Positions 9,623 to 16,060 of a stretch of 16,060 bases of DNA are shown one piece after another (the stretch's first letter is position 1; the number at the start of each line of letters is the position of its first letter). Made by a program: the position numbers and the translations under genes. The DNA comes from Terrimicrobiaceae bacterium (GTDB taxonomy: Bacteria; Verrucomicrobiota; Verrucomicrobiia; Chthoniobacterales; Terrimicrobiaceae). The DNA lies in assembly GCA_044342325.1 (NCBI GenBank), contig JBIIPZ010000053.1:1-16060 (forward strand), read 5' to 3'. The notes under the pieces are model-generated. The model was not told the DNA's origin. It made no database searches and was given only the letters and a program-made list of their open reading frames with translations.

Positions 9623-9708
9623 TTGTTTGCGAACAACGGCCGGGAAGTCTCCATTCAATCCCGCAAAATGTCAAAGATAATTTTGTTACAAATTATTTAC
9701 AGAAATAA
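9623..9708. promoter_or_regulatory. AT-rich divergent control region: minus-strand TTGACA -35 and several palindromic operator candidates
   Basis: TTGACA on the minus strand at 9669-9674, with GAGACT 17 nt further on. Palindromes TTGTT-TGCG-AACAA (9623-9636), ATAATTT-N6-AAATTAT (9677-9696) and TTATTT-ACAG-AAATAA (9693-9708). Confidence 0.55.
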
Positions 9709-9760
9709 TAAAAAAACCGTTTGCAGCGTTCGCAGTGTGCGCGTAAAAAATTCACATGTC

Positions 9761-9862
9761 ATGAAAGGAACCTTAAAAAACCTCCATGACAACGCACCTG
9801 CCACCGAAGCCGACCGGCCGCACAAAGCGGACCCGGAACTACCGGACGAGGCGGCACGGTGA
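9761..9862 (+). CDS. Possible 33-aa peptide (MKGTLKNLHDNAPATEADRPHKADPELPDEAAR)
   Basis: ATG-started short ORF located first after the divergent promoter. No motif. Confidence 0.25.
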   Translation: MKGTLKNLHDNAPATEADRPHKADPELPDEAAR

Positions 9863-9904
9863 CGCCGGCGGCGAAATGCGCGTCGGCAAAAAGCAAAACG
9901 GCCC

Positions 9905-10399
9905 ATGCCAAAAACCAACCAAATCCACGCAACATTAAGCCCCGAGGCGATGAACAACATCAAATCGGCCATCGCAACCATCCAATCGAACCTCCCGTTC
10001 CTCGTGGACCTCGGAGCCGATGAGATCCGCCGTTTGGCGAAAGCCGGAGACCTCACTGAGAGTTTCCTCCAAAAGGCCCTCGTCATCGCCGAGCAATCCC
10101 CGGATATCCTCCCGCGCAACTTCGCGATCGAGGAGTTCCGGGCTGACATGGCGCTTGCAGCGAACCTTGAGGAGATCACCCACGCCCTCCAGCAACTCCT
10201 CGAGCGCATCGGCAACACAATCACAGTCGCCCGCTCGGATGCCTACGGCCATGCACTGATCACCTACGACCGCAGCAAAAAAAGCGCCCCACAAGGCCTC
10301 CACGCTGCGACACTGGACCTCGGTCAGCGTTTTGCCCGCCGCTCCCAAGGTAAAAAGACGGAACCTGCCCCGGCCCCGCAGTCTCAGATTCTGAGCTGA
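9905..10399 (+). CDS. Conserved hypothetical alpha-helical protein (164 aa)
   Basis: Amphipathic helical sequence with LPFLVDL, LAKAGD, FLQKAL, PDILPRNF and ARSDAY. From memory it resembles an uncharacterised family seen in cyanobacteria and Bacteroidota. It is followed by a terminator. Confidence 0.85.
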   Translation: MPKTNQIHATLSPEAMNNIKSAIATIQSNLPFLVDLGADEIRRLAKAGDLTESFLQKALVIAEQSPDILPRNFAIEEFRADMALAANLEEITHALQQLLERIGNTITVARSDAYGHALITYDRSKKSAPQGLHAATLDLGQRFARRSQGKKTEPAPAPQSQILS

Positions 10400-10429
10400 C
10401 GCCGGCCTGACCACGCAGTTCCTCCCATT

Positions 10430-10471
10430 GCGGCCGTGTGCTTCACCGAAGCACACGGCCGCTTTTCTTTT
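10430..10471 (+). terminator. Rho-independent terminator
   Basis: Perfect 15-bp stem GCGGCCGTGTGCTTC-acc-GAAGCACACGGCCGC followed by TTTTCTTTT. Confidence 0.9.
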
Positions 10472-10547
10472 ATTCGGGAACGACAGGAACCCAACGCACC
10501 CGATGCTTGAGACAAAAAATCCATGCAATGCCCCCCCCCTTGCGCGC

Positions 10548-10826
10548 CGCACTACTCACTGGAGATTAAAAATCACTCATCGATGAGTGCCACCTCACTC
10601 AACGGAGACCGAAATCAACTCGGCATTCTATACCACCTCACTCTATGGAGATTGAAAACGACTCGTCACTGTGTTCCACCTCACTCTATGGAGATTGAAA
10701 ACAACGGATCGTTGAGTTCCACCTTACTCTACGGAGACTGAAAACAACTCATCGTTGAGTGTCACCTCACTCAAAGGAGAGTTGAATGCCCCTCACCATT
10801 GAGCCTCGCCGCACTCGATTCAGTGT
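10548..10826. repeat. Degenerate 43-bp tandem repeat array (6 units plus a partial seventh)
   Basis: Units start at 10548, 10591, 10634, 10677, 10720, 10763 and 10807. Approximate consensus CACCTCACTCTATGGAGATTGAAAACAACTCATCGTTGAGTGC. Confidence 0.92.
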
Positions 10827-11051
10827 AACTTTTGGACTCCTTCACGCGTCCTGGAGTGCCTCCCATTTGTTAGTAATTTTTTTTCAAAAAAATTTTTGCA
10901 CCCCCAGCGGATGTCTAACCGGGCTTGTTAGGCTCCAGTCGAAATGATCACCAAAATTCTATCCGCCACCCAAGTAGCCACGCGCTGCTTCCGCCCGCAG
11001 TCCCAATTCCCAAGCCGCTTCGCGCGGCAGAGCGAGTTTGTGTTTTGAGCT

Positions 11052-11354
11052 ATGGAGACCAACGCCTATGGAAAACCGATTCGGGATCGCGAGTTGCTTC
11101 GCCGAATCGAAAAAGCCCGAGCCGAACAGTGCCTGAACGACCCGCAAGGCGCACTCCATGACCCCATCGAGGATGCCCCGGACATCAGGCCAATCGTAAG
11201 GCAAGTCGAGCGCCGTGCCGAAAAGGAGTCAGCGATCCAAGGCATGGGCCGCTGCCACGATGTTTGGGGCCGCATGCGCAGTATTCTGAAAACCGAGCAC
11301 GGCATAGTCTGGTATCCACCCAGCCAGATGAATACCCACATCCTCTTCGATTGA
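11052..11354 (+). CDS. Conserved hypothetical protein (100 aa)
   Basis: The pattern DPIED...GMGRCHDVW...ILKTEHGIVWYPPSQMN..ILFD looks like a small uncharacterised family. Translationally coupled to the next ORF. Confidence 0.8.
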   Translation: METNAYGKPIRDRELLRRIEKARAEQCLNDPQGALHDPIEDAPDIRPIVRQVERRAEKESAIQGMGRCHDVWGRMRSILKTEHGIVWYPPSQMNTHILFD

Positions 11355-11356
11355 GC

Positions 11357-11827
11357 GTGAGATTTCTCGTGCCACGCATTCCTTTTATCCGCCTGCTCCG
11401 CGCTGTTTGCAGCGGTATGCAGCCGATGTTGCGCATTCGGGCCTCGGAGGGGCGTGTGACGCTCTCCTGCGGAGAGATCGGAGGCGGGTGTGAAGGCACT
11501 GTCGAGCGGGCCGGCGTGTGCTTTCTTCGCCATTCTAAGTTGAAGAAGCTCATCCAGACCTACCATGCCGATGCTGGGCACTCCACAACCATCGAGATCG
11601 AGGTGACGCCGGTCGGAATTCGTGTCGGGCGCACCGAGGTTTCGCGCGCAGGCTGGGAAATCTCGCTCTTTGCAAATCCCGCATCCGCCCCGAAGACGCT
11701 CCGCTTTCGCGATCCGTTTGTGCCAGAGGAACCACCCCAAGTGGACTTGCAAATGCAACCGCCCTTGTTTCCCGCTGGCGTTGACGATGCTGCATTGACC
11801 TCCACTCCGCGCCACACGCCATTTTAA
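11357..11827 (+). CDS. Hypothetical protein (156 aa), possibly one beta-sliding-clamp-like domain plus a Pro-rich tail
   Basis: GTG at 11357 (or TTG at 11351) follows the upstream stop, and the TAA overlaps the next ATG. Residue pattern resembles DnaN domain I by eye. Confidence 0.65.
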   Translation: MRFLVPRIPFIRLLRAVCSGMQPMLRIRASEGRVTLSCGEIGGGCEGTVERAGVCFLRHSKLKKLIQTYHADAGHSTTIEIEVTPVGIRVGRTEVSRAGWEISLFANPASAPKTLRFRDPFVPEEPPQVDLQMQPPLFPAGVDDAALTSTPRHTPF

Positions 11828-12243
11828 TGAACGCTATCACCCCGCTCTTTCTTGCTCTGCTCCTGAGCGCCTGCACCGCTATTCAGAAACCCGAGCCAGA
11901 GATCAAGCGCGCGCAGCCCAAGCCACAGGAAATCCAGATCCAGACCGCACCACCAGGCGCACTGGTGGATTGGAACGGCAATGTTCTTGGCGTGGCTCCC
12001 GTCACCATCGAGCTCACGCCATCGTTCTACCAGTATGCCTCGCATTACACCTGGCCCTCAAATGGAGCCCGCACCCAGCGCTTCCGCGCCCGCTGGCCCG
12101 ACGGAGCCATGAACACCGAATTCTTCGACAGCAACACCCCGCCGCCGCAAGCCATCGCCATCGTCTCACCAAGCGTTGGCAACTACCGCGACATTTGGAC
12201 CACACCCGCCAAGAAGGAACTGCAAATTAAGAAAGGACCATGA
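11827..12243 (+). CDS. PEGA-domain lipoprotein (138 aa)
   Basis: Signal peptide with lipobox LLLSA-C. IQIQTAPPGALVDWNGNVLGVAPVTIEL is a PEGA-type motif. Confidence 0.85.
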   Translation: MNAITPLFLALLLSACTAIQKPEPEIKRAQPKPQEIQIQTAPPGALVDWNGNVLGVAPVTIELTPSFYQYASHYTWPSNGARTQRFRARWPDGAMNTEFFDSNTPPPQAIAIVSPSVGNYRDIWTTPAKKELQIKKGP

Positions 12244-12286
12244 ATCTCTGCCGCCTATCCATTTCATTCTTTGAAAACTCACCATT
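12007..12286 (+). repeat. Direct repeat copy 1 (~280 bp; 3' half of the PEGA lipoprotein gene plus downstream bases)
   Basis: Near-identical to 14455-14735, with a constant offset of 2448 across the coding part. Confidence 0.95.
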
Positions 12287-12421
12287 TAAAAATTGCTCCT
12301 CCACTTTTTCGGGTGATTCCGGTAAGCTTGGATATCCGAAGAAGATGCCGATGCATGAAACACGGTTCAAGTTCGCAGGACTCTGCGACTACCGCACAAG
12401 ACCACTTGAAGGGATGAAACA

Positions 12422-12914
12422 GTGAAGGAAATCGCTTATATCGAAACGACCATCGTGAGCTATCTGGTTGCCCGGCCTAGCCGCGATCTGGTGCTCTCTG
12501 CGCACCAGCAGGTGACGAGGGAGTGGTGGGAGAACGAGCGTGTGAATTACCATTGCATCGCCTCCGAGGAGGTCGCGCGCGAAGCCATGCTGGGTGATAC
12601 CGGAATGGCGCAGGCGAGGATCAAGGTCCTTGAGGAGGTGCAGATCGTCGGAATCACCGCCGAGGTCGAGGCGATGGCGGCCACATTCATGGCGACGGGT
12701 GCACTGCCGCCCACGATGCGACCTGATGCGACGCACCTAGCCGCTGCGACGCTGAGCGGAGCGGAGCGGAGCGGACTACCTGCTCACATGGAACTGCCGG
12801 CACCTGGCGAATGCCCATGTGCTGCGCAGGCTGCAAAAGGAGGCGGAGAGGCGTGGCTGGCAGTTGCCCGGAGTTTGCACGCCTCTGGAACTCATGGGAG
12901 ACTGCGAGCCATGA
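12422..12914 (+). pseudogene. PIN-domain (VapC-like) toxin gene, frameshifted at a (GAGCG)4 repeat
   Basis: The N-part has YIETTIVSYLVARPSRD...TREWW...DATHLAAA. The conserved C-part DYLLTWNCRHLAN...VCTPLEL is in another frame from 12774 and stops at 12912-12914. The pentamer repeat at 12754-12773 sits at the junction. Confidence 0.88.
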
Positions 12915-13150
12915 TCACTAATCCTCTCTTGGAAGAAATCTGGGCGGTCAAAGACCGGCTGAATGCGGAGTCCGGCGGGGACATTCATGTTTTTTGCCAG
13001 CAACTGCGGGACTGGTCGGCAAAAAACCTGCCCCGGAATATGGTAGTGTGCGACCCCGCGGGACTGCGCGCGTTGCTCGTAAAGGAAGACCAAGAGGATT
13101 CCTTGATTTTAAGGGAGGATCCGCCGGAATACGGCCGAAAGAAGGACTGA
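12911..13150 (+). CDS. Small partner of the PIN gene (putative antitoxin, 79 aa)
   Basis: MITNPLLEEIWAVKDRLNAESGGDI..., with an ATGA overlap at the restored PIN stop. Resembles the 'DPIVEEVR' small proteins found next to this PIN family. Confidence 0.75.
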   Translation: MITNPLLEEIWAVKDRLNAESGGDIHVFCQQLRDWSAKNLPRNMVVCDPAGLRALLVKEDQEDSLILREDPPEYGRKKD

Positions 13151-13250
13151 CGCGGCATGAAGTTTCAGCTCAAGGATTTTCAGGCGACTTTCCGAAACTC
13201 GCAAAATCCGCTTCGTCGGAACCCACGCGCAGTATGACAAGATTCGGACG

Positions 13251-13841
13251 ATGAAACCAACTCCTCACATGCCCGTTTGCCATTTGATTGCCGGACCAAA
13301 CGGAGCCGGGAAGTCCACCTTCGCTCTGGAGCACCTGCCAGCTTTGGCAAAGTGCATTGAGTTTGTGAATGCCGATCTCATCGCCGCTGGTTTGTCGCCC
13401 TTGGACCCTACTCGCAGCGCGCTTCGCGCCGGGCGTTTGGTTTTGGAGCGCATCAAGGAATTTGGCTTGGCTAAAAAAACCTTCGGCTTCGAATCCACAC
13501 TCTCCGGTCGAAGTTACCTCTCCACCTTGGCGGAATTGAAAAAAATGGGCTTCCGCTTAGCGCTTTATTACCTCTGGCTTCCGTCGCCCAAGGTCGCAAT
13601 CGCCCGCGTCAAAGGACGAGTGAAGCTCGGAGGGCACCATGTTCCCTCTATCGACATCCGCCGCCGGTTCCAGCGCTCGCTTGAGAATCTCCCTGCCTAT
13701 TTTGCCATCGCAGACGAGTTCTTTCTGTTCGACGCATCCACTTGCCCTCCGACGCCTGTTTTTTCGAAAACGATGGTCGGCGTCCAAATCGAAAACCCCG
13801 TCACATTCCGGAAAATCTCACCACATCTCGACCTGCCATGA
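13251..13841 (+). CDS. Zeta-toxin-like / COG4185-type P-loop ATPase
   Basis: Walker A IAGPNGAGKSTF, then FVNADLIAAGLSP, FESTLSG and RVKGRVKLGGHHVP. An alternative start exists at 13269. Confidence 0.9.
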   Translation: MKPTPHMPVCHLIAGPNGAGKSTFALEHLPALAKCIEFVNADLIAAGLSPLDPTRSALRAGRLVLERIKEFGLAKKTFGFESTLSGRSYLSTLAELKKMGFRLALYYLWLPSPKVAIARVKGRVKLGGHHVPSIDIRRRFQRSLENLPAYFAIADEFFLFDASTCPPTPVFSKTMVGVQIENPVTFRKISPHLDLP

Positions 13842-14059
13842 AAACCGCTCACCAACGCATCCAAGAAATTTCCAAAGTCATGAAGAGGGCCGTGGAGAAA
13901 GCCGCCGAGAAGCACCGGCTCATGGGCGTTCCGATGGCCGTTTGGAAAGACGGGAAAGTCGTCGAGTTCCTGCCCGAACCCGCCCGCGAACCACACGGAA
14001 ACAATCTTCTGCCCTCCGTCACCTTTCTGGAAACAAAACGCAAACCCGCCAAGAAATGA
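13838..14059 (+). CDS. Small partner protein of the zeta-like ATPase (putative antitoxin, 73 aa)
   Basis: MKTAHQRI...KRAVEKAAEKHRLMGVPMAVWKDGKVV is typical of small genes coupled to this ATPase family. ATGA overlap with the ATPase stop. Confidence 0.8.
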   Translation: MKTAHQRIQEISKVMKRAVEKAAEKHRLMGVPMAVWKDGKVVEFLPEPAREPHGNNLLPSVTFLETKRKPAKK

Positions 14060-14226
14060 ACCCCAATGTGACAATAAGCGGGGGACTGACCACATCCATT
14101 TCCGACACCCTTAGAGGCAACCTCATTCTCATGTCTGATGGTCTGCTTGCTCCCATAGACCTCCGCATTCAAAAACTCTCCGGAAGCCTCCTCGATATCG
14201 CGAAATCACTCACAGCAACGCAATGA
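14056..14226 (+). CDS. Possible 56-aa ORF or gene remnant
   Basis: The ATG overlaps the previous stop (ATGA). Sequence MNPNVTISGGLTTSISDTLRG...; no motif recognised. Confidence 0.3.
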   Translation: MNPNVTISGGLTTSISDTLRGNLILMSDGLLAPIDLRIQKLSGSLLDIAKSLTATQ

Positions 14227-14454
14227 TGCCAGTGAATTTCACAAAACAAAATCCTCCGTCCTGCTAATTCTGCTAATTGACTCGCTTCCGCTTACCCTAC
14301 GGGCTGCTTCCAGCGCTCTTTCTCCGCTCCGATTCTGTCCAAAAAATGCTTTCTGAATCGAAAATCCAATGCACCGTAAAGAGCATTTTTTATACTGAAA
14401 CCGATTCGCAGTTTATTGAATGTCAATAAATAGTTCCTGCCCCCTTCACTACCG

Positions 14455-14735
14455 ATCGAACTCACGCCATCGTTCTACCAGTATGCCTCGCATTACACCT
14501 GGCCCTCAAATGGAGCCCGCACCCAGCGCTTCCGCGCCCGCTGGCCCGACGGAGCCATGAACACCGAATTCTTCGACAGCAATACCCCGCCGCCGCAAGC
14601 CATCGCCATCGTCTCGCCAAGCGTTGGCAACTACCGGGAGATTTGGCCCGCCCCTGCCAAGAAGGAACTGCAAATTAAGAAAGGACCATGAATCTCTGCC
14701 GCCTCTCAATTTCATTCTTCAAAAAAACCACCATT
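14455..14735 (+). pseudogene. Direct repeat copy 2: start-less 3' fragment of the PEGA lipoprotein gene
   Basis: Encodes IELTPSFYQYASHYTWPS...KKELQIKKGP-stop (TGA at 14689-14691) without the signal peptide or N-terminus. Confidence 0.9.
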
Positions 14736-14763
14736 CATTCAAACTCACGCCCAGCCCATCTTT

Positions 14764-15915
14764 GTGCCTGCTAAAAAATCATCAAAGTTGAATCCTCCAG
14801 CGCCGCCCGAAATCGGCAGTCGCTTGGCACGCGGTCGAACCCGCGAGGACGCTCGTTTCACCGCGCCACCTTCGCTGGCGGGCTTACCGGACTCCTATGG
14901 CACCACATTGGAGGAGATCAAGAGTCATCTGCGCAGCGCGCGTGTCCGTGCCGTTCTGGCAGCCAACCCCATCGTCATCGAAGCCTATTGGCATACCGGA
15001 AAAATCATCCTTCAGCGCCAACTGGAAGCTGCCTGGGGAGCCAAGGTCATCGACCGCCTCTCCGCCGATCTCCGCGACGCCTTCCCCGACATGCGGGGCC
15101 TATCGACACGCAACCTGCTGGCAATGAAAATATTCGCCCGCGAGTTTCCGAAAGCTCCAATTGCGCAACAACCTGTTGCGCAATTGCCCTGGGGCCATGT
15201 TCTGCAGATCCTTCAGCGAATCAAAGACTCTGCCGTTCGAGACTTCTACATCCAGCAAACCATCGCCCACGGCTGGAGCCGAAGCATCTTGGAAATCCAG
15301 ATCGGGCAACAACTCCATTTGCGGATCGGCAAAGCTCAAAACAACTTTTCCGCCACCCTCCCCCCCTCGGACTCGGACCTCGCTGTTCAGGTCTTCAAAG
15401 ACCCCTATCTTTTCGACTTCCTTGGCACAGCCGATCCCCGCCGCGAGGCCGAGGTCGAGCAGGCCCTTGTCGATCACATCCAACAGTTCCTTTTGGAATT
15501 GGGAGCCGGTTTCGCCTTTGTTGGACGCCAAGTGCATCTCGAGGTCGGTGACGAGGATTTCTACCTCGACCTCCTTTTCTACCATCTCAAGCTCCGGCGC
15601 TATGTCGTCATCGAACTCAAGGCCCGCGCCTTCGAACCCGGCGATGCCGGCCAGATCAATCTCTACCGCTCTGCCGTGGACGATTTGCTCCGCCACCCTG
15701 ATGACCAGCCCACGATTGGCCTTCTTCTATGCAAGGGAAAAAACAAGGTCCTCGTCGAGTATGCCCTCAGCGGCCTTGAGCAATCCATCGCTGTCGCGGA
15801 TTGGAAAACCCAGCTCACTGAGGCCCTCCCTCCTGAATTCCAAGGCAGCCTACCCACCATTCAGGAAATCGAAGCCGAACTCTCGCGTGATTTGCAGAAG
15901 GAGGAAGAGCGATGA
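14764..15915 (+). CDS. yhcG: YhcG/DUF1016-family PD-(D/E)XK nuclease-domain protein (383 aa)
   Basis: Motifs YWHTGKII, WGAKVIDRLSADL, QLPWGH, KDPYLFDFL, FLLELGAGFAFVGRQ, DLLFYHLKLRRYVVIELK, GQINLY and PTIGLLLCK. The GTG start is uncertain. Confidence 0.93.
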   Translation: MPAKKSSKLNPPAPPEIGSRLARGRTREDARFTAPPSLAGLPDSYGTTLEEIKSHLRSARVRAVLAANPIVIEAYWHTGKIILQRQLEAAWGAKVIDRLSADLRDAFPDMRGLSTRNLLAMKIFAREFPKAPIAQQPVAQLPWGHVLQILQRIKDSAVRDFYIQQTIAHGWSRSILEIQIGQQLHLRIGKAQNNFSATLPPSDSDLAVQVFKDPYLFDFLGTADPRREAEVEQALVDHIQQFLLELGAGFAFVGRQVHLEVGDEDFYLDLLFYHLKLRRYVVIELKARAFEPGDAGQINLYRSAVDDLLRHPDDQPTIGLLLCKGKNKVLVEYALSGLEQSIAVADWKTQLTEALPPEFQGSLPTIQEIEAELSRDLQKEEER

Positions 15916-16060
15916 AACCTCAGCGTAAAAAAGCAATGGGCCAAGAGACCAGCGTTGAGCCCTGTTCAAATCCACAATCCAACATTCAAAATTAGCCTGC
16001 TCTGCCACTTAACCCCCGTCCTGCTCATCGTGTTTATCCTGTAAATTGAATCGCTTCCGC

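Noticed and set aside
9623..9636. Verrucomicrobial LexA box (TGTTC-N4-GAACA)
   Set aside because: The half-sites here are 2 bp closer together and one is imperfect.
8495..9862. 455-aa plus-strand ORF
   Set aside because: It is antisense to the well-supported immA and xre genes and has no recognisable motifs.
10523..10741. 72-aa ORF across the repeat array
   Set aside because: The 43-bp period is not codon-phased, so this is likely a chance ORF.
10548..10826. CRISPR array (units contain ATTGAAAAC)
   Set aside because: The would-be spacers are only ~16 nt and are related to each other, the repeats are degenerate, and no cas genes are in the window.
12422..13150. 242-aa ORF as one ordinary gene
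   Set aside because: It is a chimera of the frameshifted PIN gene and its downstream partner.
15912..15995. 27-aa ORF coupled to the yhcG stop
   Set aside because: It is very short and runs through low-complexity heptamer repeats. There is no other support.
8100..16060. Prophage or ICE call for the island
   Set aside because: No integrase, relaxase, structural or conjugation genes are visible in this window.

Overview
GC-rich bacterial window. The gene and repeat style suggests Verrucomicrobiota/PVC, which is inference only. The left half (1-8074) is core-like: obgE and a divergent class III aminotransferase, a hypothetical gene, then a signalling cluster with a single-domain response regulator, a HisKA-REC-PP2C phosphatase, an RsbW-like anti-sigma kinase, a tandem STAS protein and a Cache-HAMP histidine kinase. 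The right half (8100-16060) is an accessory island. It begins with a structured ~190-bp tandem duplication and an XRE repressor plus ImmA/IrrE peptidase pair. These diverge from a 164-aa helical hypothetical gene, which is followed by a strong terminator and a non-coding 43-bp tandem array built from helically phased ACTC-N6-GAGT-like palindromes. Further right lie a possible single-domain beta-clamp-like protein with a QxxLF motif and a PEGA lipoprotein whose 3' end is duplicated 2448 bp downstream. The two copies bracket two toxin-antitoxin-like pairs: a PIN gene frameshifted by a GAGCG pentamer expansion, and a zeta-like ATPase. A YhcG/DUF1016 nuclease ends the window. No integrase, cas gene or tRNA was seen.
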